DNA from: Desulfomonilia bacterium
GTDB taxonomy: Bacteria; Desulfobacterota; Desulfomonilia; UBA1062
Direction of reading: 5' to 3'
NCBI GenBank assembly: GCA_050014195.1
Contig: JBEKDT010000001.1
Coordinates: forward strand, 96,001-160,000
Length of the DNA: 64,000 nt
Part shown: positions 18,952 to 28,691 of the stretch, piece after piece
Numbering within the stretch: position 1 is the first letter of the stretch
Layout: every line of letters begins with the position of its first letter
Notes under the pieces: generated by a model
What the model was told of the DNA's origin: nothing
The model's input: the letters and a program-made list of their open reading frames with translations, nothing else
The model's database searches: none
Position numbers and translations under genes: made by a program

Positions 18952-18985
18952 GCCATGTTGATATCAGTTCACAAAACTCTCCTGA

Positions 18986-19975
18986 TCAAAGGCCGCCCAA
19001 GCTGAACTCGTTTGCACTGTTGCGGTAGATGTACACCTTCTCCGGGCTCGACGTGCCGAGCTGCAGCAAGGCTTTGTCGAAAAGACGGTCCACAATGTAG
19101 TAATGCTTCTGATAGCGGTAGTTCACGAGCTGAGAGTCGCTCTCCTTGGTCACGATGAACAGGGGCGGAAGCTCTCCCTGCTCGATGTCAGCAGGGAACT
19201 GGATGAATACCTTCTTTCCGTCATCGAAGGCCCTCAAGGGTTTCCAGGATGCACTGCCCTTGATGGAGTAGTTGAAGTTGAGATCCGAGATCTTGAGGTT
19301 CGCTATGATGTCCATCTTCGTGTCATTAACGGCATTGATCCTGTTCGTAATACTAGCAAGTTGGTCCTTGGGGTAATACCAGGACACACCTGCCTGGTAG
19401 GTTTCATTGAAGCTCTGGCACTCAAGGTGATAGATATGCTTGTCAGTAGATACAGCGATGTTAGTGTGAAGGTTCGGAATGTGTGGTTTCAGAAAGATGT
19501 GCACTCGCTGGTCCTTTCCAGTCCCGCTTGTAGTAACGTCCAATGACCACCTGGCGGTGTCACCTGCAGCGGGCGGGCTCGTAAGTGTTTCACCCGGCTG
19601 GAGCATAATGTCCGTCACGTGGAATGGTGCGCTGTAGATCTCATAGAGGGCTCCTTCCATGTAGTCATAAACGGTTACGGCGTTGATGTACCGGTCCTCA
19701 GTGGGCTTCTGGGCTGCCTCTTTGTTCGCCTCATCTATCACTTTAGCCGGGTCCTCGTTCTTCTTCTTGGATGCCTTAGCCTCCAATTTCTTGAGCTGAG
19801 GACTTGCCACTTTCTTGTAATTCGCCTGGGGCACGGGATCAGCTACGGGGATATCGAATGTGGACCCCTTCTGAGTAGGCGCTTTCACCTGCCGGGCAGG
19901 TACGATTTTTTCGTTCTGGGCACATGCTGATATTACAAAAAGACTTATGAGTACGATGACGATACACTTCTTCAT
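18986..19975 (-). CDS. trbG: TrbG / VirB9
   Basis: Lipoprotein-like signal, VTDIMLQPGE, AGDTARW, WKPLRAFDDG, LVNYR, YIVDRLF. Confidence 0.93.
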   Translation of the reverse strand: MKKCIVIVLISLFVISACAQNEKIVPARQVKAPTQKGSTFDIPVADPVPQANYKKVASPQLKKLEAKASKKKNEDPAKVIDEANKEAAQKPTEDRYINAVTVYDYMEGALYEIYSAPFHVTDIMLQPGETLTSPPAAGDTARWSLDVTTSGTGKDQRVHIFLKPHIPNLHTNIAVSTDKHIYHLECQSFNETYQAGVSWYYPKDQLASITNRINAVNDTKMDIIANLKISDLNFNYSIKGSASWKPLRAFDDGKKVFIQFPADIEQGELPPLFIVTKESDSQLVNYRYQKHYYIVDRLFDKALLQLGTSSPEKVYIYRNSANEFSLGGL

Positions 19976-19993
19976 GAATTCACTTCCCTCCTC

Positions 19994-20683
19994 TCAATTC
20001 ACCTTGGATATGTTGAAAAAATCGATGAAGATCCCGAGCGGATTGGTCCGTAGAAGCTTCTCATCCTTCGGGGTATGAAAGACCAGGTTGAATATGCCTG
20101 TATAAGCCTGCCTGGTTGAAGGCGTACCGTTGTTCTCGAAATCCTGCTCATACCAGTTCACCTGGTAGCTGTTCTCGCTCATCTTGACAGCGCTTGACAC
20201 TTCCACGGACACAGCCCTCTTTCCAAGCTGTTTGAACGGGTCCCATTCCTTTGCGTACGCATTCAGCGTGTTCGACCCTTTGGGTGTCAGGAAATTGTAA
20301 GATGCAAGATAGTTGTGCCTCATAATAATCGCATCCGTCGGGATGGACCGTATCTGTGTCACGAACTGACCCAGAAAATACTCTGTTGCCGCTTCATTTG
20401 GTCTGTATAGCTTGTCAGCCTTGCCGACGAGGTTGACGGACCCATGTTCATTGACCTCAACGATATAGGGCACTACAGAGGAATTTAACGCTAAAAATAT
20501 GAAGCCAACCAACAAAACGGTTATGACAGCGAGCTCCCCGAATGCGATAAGCCTCCAGTTAGCAGCCTGCACCCTGGCCGCACCGATGAAGTCATCGAAC
20601 TCCTGTTTCGCCCTCTGGTACGGGGTTTCCGGTTCGCCTTCCGGTGTGAACTTCAACTTTTTAACTATTGCCAGTTTTTCCAT
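19994..20683 (-). CDS. trbF: TrbF / VirB8
   Basis: PETPYQRA-QE, ARVQAANWR, PYIVEV, SYQVNW-E, NPLGIFI. Confidence 0.93.
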   Translation of the reverse strand: MEKLAIVKKLKFTPEGEPETPYQRAKQEFDDFIGAARVQAANWRLIAFGELAVITVLLVGFIFLALNSSVVPYIVEVNEHGSVNLVGKADKLYRPNEAATEYFLGQFVTQIRSIPTDAIIMRHNYLASYNFLTPKGSNTLNAYAKEWDPFKQLGKRAVSVEVSSAVKMSENSYQVNWYEQDFENNGTPSTRQAYTGIFNLVFHTPKDEKLLRTNPLGIFIDFFNISKVN

Positions 20684-21671
20684 TGTTGTTTGTACCCCCT
20701 GCCCCTGGTTTGACTTCAGGGGCTTTTCCTGTATTGTCTCCGCCGCCCTTTACTTTATTGTAGCCATATTTCCCTGCTCCTAAGACCATCTTCACTGTCC
20801 CCACGCTTCTGTTTACCGCTGTAGCTGCAGCTCTATCCCCGGCAAAACCAAATGCCGCTGCCCCTGTCAGAAAATGTGATCCTGATAGATTAGGCCCGCC
20901 TGATATGATTCCGGCTGCGAAATTTGGAGCACTCCAGCAGAGGTATGCGATGACGCACATCAAGGAAACAGCACAATAAAGCTGGTAATGGCTTGTGGAT
21001 GCGGTTGTCAGATCCAATCCGCCCATGATGTCGTAAGTTATGCTGACAATGAAAGCCAGAACCATCAATTTAACACCTATTGTAAAGGTTCCTCCTATAG
21101 CTCTCTCAGCCAGCCATGCAGTGGGTTTGAACACTGCAAAAGGGATCAGTATGACAGAGCATACCGTGAACAGATAGAACTCGATGATTACGACAAACAG
21201 ATTCCAGGCGATGAAGAAGTAGGAAAACAAACCTATCAGCCCTGCTAGAAACTGTAACGCACAATTTACAGTGTGCTGGTAGATATTAACAAAACCACCG
21301 ATGTCATCAAAAATGGGCTTAGTGGTCCTGAATCCCATGTCTATTATTGATGATGGGTCGAAGAGGTTAGACAATGTAATTGTATTACCACCAGCTACAA
21401 GTCCAGCCTGGGCAAAGGACATGATGAGTACATGGGACAAGGTCTTCATCTCAGTTACAACCCAAAGGAAAAAACCTATGGCTGTGATCTTCTTGATGGC
21501 AGTGACCGTGATATCGCTTTTGCCAAGAGCCCAGAAAACACCCATTATTACAATCTCTATGGCGACTAAATATCGCATGAGTACCAGTGCATCAGGGAGT
21601 ATTCTTGCATAGCCAAGTGAAAGTCTTCCAGCCAACTGATTTAACACAGTGGTTAAAATACCGGCTTCCAT
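20661..21671 (-). CDS. trbL: TrbL / VirB6
   Basis: Polytopic membrane protein; IEFYL...LIPF...LAERAIG; AAGIISGGPNL. Confidence 0.9.
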   Translation of the reverse strand: MEAGILTTVLNQLAGRLSLGYARILPDALVLMRYLVAIEIVIMGVFWALGKSDITVTAIKKITAIGFFLWVVTEMKTLSHVLIMSFAQAGLVAGGNTITLSNLFDPSSIIDMGFRTTKPIFDDIGGFVNIYQHTVNCALQFLAGLIGLFSYFFIAWNLFVVIIEFYLFTVCSVILIPFAVFKPTAWLAERAIGGTFTIGVKLMVLAFIVSITYDIMGGLDLTTASTSHYQLYCAVSLMCVIAYLCWSAPNFAAGIISGGPNLSGSHFLTGAAAFGFAGDRAAATAVNRSVGTVKMVLGAGKYGYNKVKGGGDNTGKAPEVKPGAGGTNNNGKTGNS

Positions 21672-21698
21672 GCTTCTACCTCACGGTTATTCCATTCT

Positions 21699-21839
21699 TC
21701 ACGGAAGATCCTTCATTGGTGTGGCTGTTGATTTCTTTGTTCCCCAATCTCTCATGGGGTCTTTTTTCGAGTTATCCGAACTACTGCAACTGGCAAGAAC
21801 CAATATGATAACTCCACAGGCTATTACTTTCTTAATCAT
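21699..21839 (-). CDS. trbK: 46-aa lipoprotein, probable entry-exclusion TrbK (not in ORF track)
   Basis: MIKKVIACGVIILVLASC lipobox, GGAGG SD, position between trbJ and trbL. C-terminus duplicates that of TrbJ. Confidence 0.75.
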   Translation of the reverse strand: MIKKVIACGVIILVLASCSSSDNSKKDPMRDWGTKKSTATPMKDLP

Positions 21840-21869
21840 TCTCTACCTCCATGCATCAGCTTCACTGCC

Positions 21870-22619
21870 CTATGGAAGGTCATTCATGGGCGCAGCTGTT
21901 GACTTCTTACTTCCCCATTCCCTCATCCGATATTTATAGTCCTGTTCCATTTCGTAATTCTTTGCCTGTTCTTCGGCGAGCCGGGTTGAATCAAGACGGT
22001 TCTGTACAGCAAGGAGCTGCTGGGTTTTGATCTGCTGTTTGATCTGCATGGCGGCTAACTCGTTGCCGTACTGCTGGGCGTCGAGATTTCCTGAAGCATG
22101 CCTGGAACCCATCAATACCTGGTCAGTAGCAATGATATCGTCGTTGATTCCCGCTACTTCCTGTGCCTGAACATTCATGGCATTGATATTGGCATTGGAG
22201 GTTGCCACGATCTGGGACAATCTCTTGGCTTGTATGTCGCTGGGAGATGAACCTTGTATTTCTTGTCCAAACTGCTGATAAAGATCCTGATAGCTCCTGT
22301 CCAGAGTCTGGATGGAATACCCGACGCCTTGTATCTTGCCCAACATGTCATCAATCTCTTGGGCAGTCTGCATTGGTGTATCTCCAATATTCGCCTGGAG
22401 AGCCTTGAGATTTTGATACTCATTATTAATCATGGTGACCTGGTTTTGTAATTGTTGGAGCAACTTCTCGTTTTGCTGAACCGCCTGGTAGGCTTCATAG
22501 AAGTTTTCCGCCCAGTTCCACGGGTCGTATACCGTTTCGAAGCTATATGATGCAGCGGTAATGGATAGGGTGAGAACCGAAATAATTACAAAGCTCCTTA
22601 TGAAGTTGCTCTTGCGCAT
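21870..22619 (-). CDS. trbJ: TrbJ / VirB5
   Basis: Signal peptide, VYDPWN, Gln-rich coiled coil, SG-L-A-Q--N-LAA-Q; follows trbE. Confidence 0.88.
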   Translation of the reverse strand: MRKSNFIRSFVIISVLTLSITAASYSFETVYDPWNWAENFYEAYQAVQQNEKLLQQLQNQVTMINNEYQNLKALQANIGDTPMQTAQEIDDMLGKIQGVGYSIQTLDRSYQDLYQQFGQEIQGSSPSDIQAKRLSQIVATSNANINAMNVQAQEVAGINDDIIATDQVLMGSRHASGNLDAQQYGNELAAMQIKQQIKTQQLLAVQNRLDSTRLAEEQAKNYEMEQDYKYRMREWGSKKSTAAPMNDLP

Positions 22620-25024
22620 TGCAATACCTCCTTTGTCCCCGTTTTTAGGTCGAGCCATCTGTTCAAAAGGTCATCTTTCCCCTCTTCAAGCAAATCATCC
22701 ATAAGCCTGTGGTCCTCCTTAGAGCTTGAAGCACATACCGCGAGCGAAACAGGATCGAGCCCCAGGTCAAACAGTCTGTTCCCGGCATCGGACTGGCAAT
22801 AATACTGCCTCTTGGGCATGGCATTGACGAGAATCTCGATCTGACGGTGATTCAATCCGAACCTCTGGTACTGCTCATATGCCTCCGGTTCGAACGCCTT
22901 GCGGTTCGGCAGGAAGATCCTCGTTGGACACGACTCATTCAAGGTGCTAAAGATAGGGCTCTTCACCATGTCAGCTACAGACTGAGTAGAAAAGACGACA
23001 GCGACATTGGCTTTCCGCAGTGTCTTGAGCCAGTCGCGAATCTTGTTCGAAAAGATTGGATGATCCAGGAATAGCCAGGATTCATCCAGCAGGAGCAGGG
23101 TAGGGTCACCAGTGAATCTCTGGTCAAGTCGGTGGAACAGGTAGGAAAGCACCGGAGGCACTGCATTGTGCATAGAGACCATGAGATGGTTCATCTCAAA
23201 GCATTGAAATCTTCCGTATTCAAGAGTGTCGCTCTCGGCATCCAGGAGTTGACCGTATGATCCCTGCAGGGTGTACAGGAAGAGGGCCTCCCGGATCTCT
23301 TTGTTTTGCACCAAAGTGACAAGACCGGTGATGGTCCTTTGTCTTACCGGAGAAGTTGAAAGATTTGTAAGGGCTTCCCAGAGCTCATTTCTCAAACTCG
23401 GTGTTACTACAACATTTTGCTGAGCCAGGATTTCCGTGACCCACTCCAGAGCCCAGGATCTCTCACTTTCTTTATCGATATTCATCAGAGGCTGAAATGC
23501 CAGGTCAGTATTTTCTCCCAGGTCGTAGTGATCTCCTCCCGTGAGAAGGGTCGTGATTCTTGCAGACTTGTCCTTGTCGAATATATAAACCTGGGCGTTC
23601 CTGTACCTCTGGAACTGCGTAGCCATAAATGACAACAGAGCTGATTTCCCTGCACCTGTAGGACCAACAATCATCGTATGTCCGACATCCCCAACATGTG
23701 TGGAATATCTGAACGGGGTGTTGCTCAGGGTCTTTGCATAGAAAAGAGGCGGGCCGTTCAAGTGCTTGTTCTTTTCCGGGCCCGCCCAGTCTGAAGAGAG
23801 TGGAATGAGATGTGTAAGATTGAGAGAATGGACAAGAGGCCTTCTTATGTTTGCCCAGCAGTGACCCGGCAGTGAGCCTAACCATGACTGAATAACATTC
23901 AAAGACTCATTCCTGGTAACGAAGCCTGCAGAGTTGGTAATCTGCTCGACACTGCTGACTTTATCATGCAAAGCGTCGAGGTCCTTGTCCCACAGGACGA
24001 TACAGGAGGTATAGTACCCGGCTGATACGAGCCCTCCCGCGACCATCTCTGCGACCGCATCGCAATCGTAGGACTTATTCACCGCATCGGTATCTTCCTT
24101 GCCGTCGTCGATCTCGTTCATGAAGGACATCTTTACCAGGCTCCACAGGGAACGTTTCTTGGAAAACCATTGTTTCGAATACTTCTTCAGCTCTCTGATA
24201 GCCTCGTTCTTTGACAGGCAGATGAACCGGGTGGACCAGCGATATTCACACCCAAGGCCGTCCAGGTCCTTCAATATCTGGGGATCGGACTCCAGGGGGA
24301 AACCGTCAATCGAGATGACCTTGAGAAAGGATTCTCCGAGTTTCGGCTGAAAGCCCCCTATCAGGAGCTCGTCGGGAAGAAGATAGTCCAGAAAGACCGG
24401 TGTCTTTGGTGTCTTCACCGGATGATACTTTGTAGAAATACAGGAGTGGAGGTAGGTGAGAGTTGCATCATCATCGAGATACTCGACATAGGGGAATATG
24501 GTCTTCAGGATATCAACGATCTTCCTCACCTCGTCCTGGAAGTATTCCAAGTGCTTTGTGTAATCGATCTTCTGCTGATCCATGAACTTGTTGAGGATCT
24601 TCTGGGACTGCTCAGAGGGCGACATATACGTGAAGGTCAGGTAGTACGTGCTCGTGAAGTGGTGCCCGTCATCGAGAAAGATCCGCTTCCTTTCCTCATC
24701 GACCAGGCTGCTTGCCTGATTCGGGAACTCGGAATCAGGGTAGTAGTTGTACTTCCGCCTTTGTACTTCGATAAAGTAAGCCCAGGGAGAAGGGAGCCTC
24801 ATCAGTGCGTTGTTTACCTGTGCTGCGACCGCGTCGAGTTCCTCCTCTGTCGAGGAGTAGAGATCAGGTCCGTTGAAGATGATTGTTGATTGAAAGGAGC
24901 CTGTCTTGTTGAGGACGACTCCAGGGGCAATGATTATGGCCCAGGGAAGCCTATGGGCCAGTTTGTTCGGTGTTTCCCTGTACTCCTTAAGATGCAGCAC
25001 CAATACCTCCCCCGCCCAATCCAT
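22598..25024 (-). CDS. trbE: TrbE / VirB4 ATPase
   Basis: LPWA, WLGSLPG, DVGHTMIVGPTGAGKS, LDESW, WLKTLRK, ESCPTRIFLPN. Confidence 0.95.
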   Translation of the reverse strand: MDWAGEVLVLHLKEYRETPNKLAHRLPWAIIIAPGVVLNKTGSFQSTIIFNGPDLYSSTEEELDAVAAQVNNALMRLPSPWAYFIEVQRRKYNYYPDSEFPNQASSLVDEERKRIFLDDGHHFTSTYYLTFTYMSPSEQSQKILNKFMDQQKIDYTKHLEYFQDEVRKIVDILKTIFPYVEYLDDDATLTYLHSCISTKYHPVKTPKTPVFLDYLLPDELLIGGFQPKLGESFLKVISIDGFPLESDPQILKDLDGLGCEYRWSTRFICLSKNEAIRELKKYSKQWFSKKRSLWSLVKMSFMNEIDDGKEDTDAVNKSYDCDAVAEMVAGGLVSAGYYTSCIVLWDKDLDALHDKVSSVEQITNSAGFVTRNESLNVIQSWLGSLPGHCWANIRRPLVHSLNLTHLIPLSSDWAGPEKNKHLNGPPLFYAKTLSNTPFRYSTHVGDVGHTMIVGPTGAGKSALLSFMATQFQRYRNAQVYIFDKDKSARITTLLTGGDHYDLGENTDLAFQPLMNIDKESERSWALEWVTEILAQQNVVVTPSLRNELWEALTNLSTSPVRQRTITGLVTLVQNKEIREALFLYTLQGSYGQLLDAESDTLEYGRFQCFEMNHLMVSMHNAVPPVLSYLFHRLDQRFTGDPTLLLLDESWLFLDHPIFSNKIRDWLKTLRKANVAVVFSTQSVADMVKSPIFSTLNESCPTRIFLPNRKAFEPEAYEQYQRFGLNHRQIEILVNAMPKRQYYCQSDAGNRLFDLGLDPVSLAVCASSSKEDHRLMDDLLEEGKDDLLNRWLDLKTGTKEVLQCARATS

Positions 25025-25061
25025 GGGCAGTAAGCAAAGCTGTCGCTATAGCTTTTGAAAG

Positions 25062-25301
25062 CTATGGCTCTAGGTAGTCGTCTTCATTGACATGAGAGAC
25101 CAAAACTTCAAGGAGGTATGGATCTGATTTATATAACACAACAAGAATAATATAAACGGGTATGAGAACCAAAATCATCCAGGCATTTTGCATGCCCAGC
25201 ACCAGAGCACCGCCTAGCGTTCCCCCCAGGATCGCTACATTCCGGGGTACTCCGGCAATCATGTTCCTTTCTATGAGACCTCGGTGGATTGGGACCTTCA
25301 T
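25062..25301 (-). CDS. trbD: TrbD / VirB3
   Basis: VPIHRGL...IAGVPR..AI...DP pattern; lies between trbC and trbE. Confidence 0.88.
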   Translation of the reverse strand: MKVPIHRGLIERNMIAGVPRNVAILGGTLGGALVLGMQNAWMILVLIPVYIILVVLYKSDPYLLEVLVSHVNEDDYLEP

Positions 25302-25305
25302 AAAT

Positions 25306-25608
25306 TCAGAACCCCAAACCTCCGCTGAACCCGAAGAATGAAAGACCCCACCCGGTAGCAGCGCAAGCTACGGAAAGACCAAGCACCGCCTGCAAGGACC
25401 TCTTCAGAATCCCGCCTGTCTCACCGAAGGCCAGCATGAAGCCCACGGCCATAATTGCCGCAACGCTTCCGAACCTAAGCCATGGGCCGGTCAGAGAGTT
25501 CAGGATTTGATCGAGAGGGCCTTCCCAGGGCATGCCGCTTCCTGCAGCAAGAAGCATGGATGGGATCAAACAAGAAACAAGTGTAGTTGCCAACAAGCTC
25601 CATTTCAT
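25306..25608 (-). CDS. trbC: TrbC / VirB2 pilin
   Basis: GMPWEGPL-QILNSLTGP, LAFGE, two TM helices. Confidence 0.92.
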   Translation of the reverse strand: MKWSLLATTLVSCLIPSMLLAAGSGMPWEGPLDQILNSLTGPWLRFGSVAAIMAVGFMLAFGETGGILKRSLQAVLGLSVACAATGWGLSFFGFSGGLGF

Positions 25609-25640
25609 AAAACCTCCTCATTCCATGTGGAGATGATAAA

Positions 25641-25669
25641 AAAATAAACTGTTTCAAATTCATTGTCAA
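25641..25669 (-). promoter_or_regulatory. Putative trb operon promoter
   Basis: Minus strand TTGACA-17 bp-TATTTT, 33 bp upstream of trbC. Confidence 0.5.
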
Positions 25670-25927
25670 CGCATTTTAAAAATATATATATGCTATATTA
25701 TTTATATTATATTGTTAGTCATCGCATATAATGAATAGAAACCTACCAAATCGGAAAGGAAATAAACCCTATACATCGTGAGGAGAATCAGAGCGCGAAT
25801 CATCTTGCCCAAATCAAATAGAAAAGTAGGGTGAAATTATAAACAGAATTGAAGCATGTCATTCATGAATCTGTAACACCCTCTCCGCTCGCCTCCTAAG
25901 TATTATGCCAACAGAGAACCTATTGTT

Positions 25928-26293
25928 ATGCCGCTGCTTGTAGCAAACTCCATACTGGGCAAACAAGATGACGAGAACCAAGAGTATGATGGCAGCTTAT
26001 ATAACACAAAAGCGATCTGGGATTATCTGGCCAATGAACGTGAGTTGGATAAAGAAGAGGGATTGACTGCCCTGTTCCTGCCGGCAAGTTCCATCCGGAA
26101 CTGCAGTGGCCGTCTCACACCTCTGGTGGTCAACCAGCTCTGGGCTGAGGTGTGCTCTCTCACCCAGGTATCAGGCAAGACCCCGCATTCTGCTCGGCAT
26201 GCTATGGGGTGACACATTATTGAGAAGACAGGGAACATCGCTGCGGTCCAGAAACAACTCGGGCATAGGAACGTTGCTTACGTCGAGCATTGA
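25928..26293 (+). pseudogene. Tyrosine recombinase C-terminal remnant
   Basis: [34 protein letters not shown] retains HxxR and LGH boxes, with an in-frame TGA at 26210-26212 and no N-terminal domain. Confidence 0.8.
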
Positions 26294-26576
26294 AATTAAG
26301 AGATCATTTGAGAATAAAGTGAGAATATAGGGTTGTTTGAAGTCGGATCAACCCTTTTATTGATGTCCATGCTGTTCTCCATTGGAATGATCTGAAGAGA
26401 CTAAGGGTCAACCTTGTTCTTAATAAAGCGCCGAGTACGTAAAGATTAAGGACTAAGATTTTCATAGAACTTGCCAGTGTCTCTGCAACGTTTTTAGCTG
26501 TTTTTTTAGGTAAATCATTGTTTATGCTTAATAACTATGTTGACATCTCATTCGAAGTAATAATAAATTAAATGAT

Positions 26577-27257
26577 ATGTCAGATATGTTAGAACTCCAT
26601 GACTTTCCTCTTTGCAATATATCAAAATTAATGATGGACAATCTTATTTATGATTATTTCACACAAGAGTTTTTAATATTCAACAAAAATATTGATAATA
26701 AAATCAATTATAAAAAATACTATTTGGAAAGAGAAAATAGAAAACGCAAATTAAATAATAAATTACAGATAATTTCTCCAAGTGAATCAATCGTGGCCAT
26801 GTTCATAATAGATAAGTTTCTTTATGAGTGCAGGAACTTTGCAAAATGCCCTATATATCCTGATTATTGTGATGAATATATTTCAAAAATTAATATCCAA
26901 GATGCAAAATCTTTAAAAGCATATTTTATATCAAAGGAGGTAATGAGGGATAAGAAATCAAGTTTTTATGAAATGCAGCAAGATTATTACATGGCATGCG
27001 AACATCTGCTTGGTTTTTGTTATAAATTAAAAAAAGACACATCTTTAGCAAAAACATGTGCTTTTTATCATAGAATGTATAAAATTCTTGATAGAAGAAA
27101 AAATATTCGAAGAACTACTGACATAATAAGAATATCTGTTAGATCAATTAACGATGCAAACAATGAGAAAAACCAATTAATTGACAAAAGAAGGTCTGAC
27201 AATGATAGAAGAAACATTAATCATCTAGGATATTTCGCAACAATATTTGAATCATAA
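26577..27257 (+). CDS. Hypothetical protein (very AT-rich)
   Basis: 226-aa ORF; TTGACA upstream at 26540; no recognisable motif. Confidence 0.45.
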   Translation: MSDMLELHDFPLCNISKLMMDNLIYDYFTQEFLIFNKNIDNKINYKKYYLERENRKRKLNNKLQIISPSESIVAMFIIDKFLYECRNFAKCPIYPDYCDEYISKINIQDAKSLKAYFISKEVMRDKKSSFYEMQQDYYMACEHLLGFCYKLKKDTSLAKTCAFYHRMYKILDRRKNIRRTTDIIRISVRSINDANNEKNQLIDKRRSDNDRRNINHLGYFATIFES

Positions 27258-28477
27258 TATTTTCTTATATTTTCTTGTCTTTGCTTTGCTAAAGTTAGAA
27301 TATCATCATAAGTGACAACTTCAATCTTTGGGTCACGACTTCGAAGTTTTTGTCTATCTATGCCATCTCGGAACTCAGATGCTCTTCCAATTATTACCAT
27401 AAGTCTTGGTCGATATATTTCCATTTTAAACTTAGCTTTCAGCTTCGTTCTATTTTGAGGAATTTCAAACCAATCACAGTATTCTAGGAGTTGAGTTTTG
27501 GCTTCCATAACTGCATCGGCAAATCGCGTTCGATTATTTTGATGTCTGACTATCTTATGGGTTGGTTTCTTAAGCTCAACTATTGCAGCATCTTGAGTTT
27601 CTTGATTTGTTATAATGAAATCTGGGATAAGAGAGCTTTCTTGTTCTCGTGTTAAATAAACGTGGGGATACACTTCTCTAAGATCCCAATTACGTAGAAA
27701 ATGTGTATGTTTCTCAAAGAATATTTGATAGTCTGCTTCAGTAGCCTTTTGATTATTTAACATATCTTCAAGCTCCTCGATTTCATCTAATGTAAATGTC
27801 CCAAATTCATTATGTGAAATTATTGCTCGCTGTGGCACCAAGATTCCAGACTGTCCATGTTGTACATAGTCATCGAGGATACTTGTTATACGAAACTTTA
27901 TTTTGCCCTCTTCTTTTGTTATAATATACTGGAAATCCTCAGCACCATCTTCTAACTGTATGAGAACCTTCAGAAAATCATTTACCTCAGGGATCTCACT
28001 TAGTTGTGTATCAAGTTTACCAGTATATGAGAATGATAATAAATCTATTATAGTGGGACGATCTGAATAGTTATCTCCGGAATCGAATCCCATTTCTATA
28101 ACTGCTCTAAGAAAATGTCGTACTCCTAAGGTATTTTGTCCTTTTGCATAACTGATAGCTCTTAACATCACATCTCTTAGGATATTTCCTCTTGAGCAAA
28201 GAACTGTCTCAGGATCTGGATGTGGCTGTTTAGCAAGAGACACATCTTCATCTATGCCACTAAAAACTTTTAGAATTGCTACGATATCAAGTTTTAGGAA
28301 ACGAGCACTTATAGTATTAAGCTGATAGAGAGCTAAAAACAGGCGCCAATCATGAATCATGGAACCAATATTATTCCTGACTGCTTCAACAATGAGTTGA
28401 TCTGGTTCGAATCCTGCCTTTCTAATCTCACTTAGGAATGGTTTACCAGTGAAAGTTGCAACCATATCTAACTCCAT
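27221..28477 (-). CDS. Shedu-like (DUF4263) anti-phage nuclease with N-terminal extension
   Basis: E-DYQ-FFE-H, IPDFII, IVELKKP, A--EA--Q---Y, IIGR, VVTYDD pattern of SduA. Confidence 0.8.
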   Translation of the reverse strand: MELDMVATFTGKPFLSEIRKAGFEPDQLIVEAVRNNIGSMIHDWRLFLALYQLNTISARFLKLDIVAILKVFSGIDEDVSLAKQPHPDPETVLCSRGNILRDVMLRAISYAKGQNTLGVRHFLRAVIEMGFDSGDNYSDRPTIIDLLSFSYTGKLDTQLSEIPEVNDFLKVLIQLEDGAEDFQYIITKEEGKIKFRITSILDDYVQHGQSGILVPQRAIISHNEFGTFTLDEIEELEDMLNNQKATEADYQIFFEKHTHFLRNWDLREVYPHVYLTREQESSLIPDFIITNQETQDAAIVELKKPTHKIVRHQNNRTRFADAVMEAKTQLLEYCDWFEIPQNRTKLKAKFKMEIYRPRLMVIIGRASEFRDGIDRQKLRSRDPKIEVVTYDDILTLAKQRQENIRKYYDSNIVAKYPR

Positions 28478-28691
28478 GCAAACAAACTAATATATAAGAA
28501 ATTAATATATTTAACTTATATCATAGCAATCAGATCTTTCCTATAAGGGGGAACCCCGATTAGGGCGTATGACTCAGATAAGAGATAAATAACACGATGA
28601 ACATACAACTTAGTCTTCATGCTGATTAATGGCACCACTTTGACTCCGTATAAATTCGATAATCTTGGTTTTTCTAATGAGTTCAAAAGAT

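Noticed and set aside
25928-26293. Integron integrase or functional ICE integrase
   Set aside because: It is a short fragment with an internal stop, no IntI-specific insertion, and is far from both attI-like sites.
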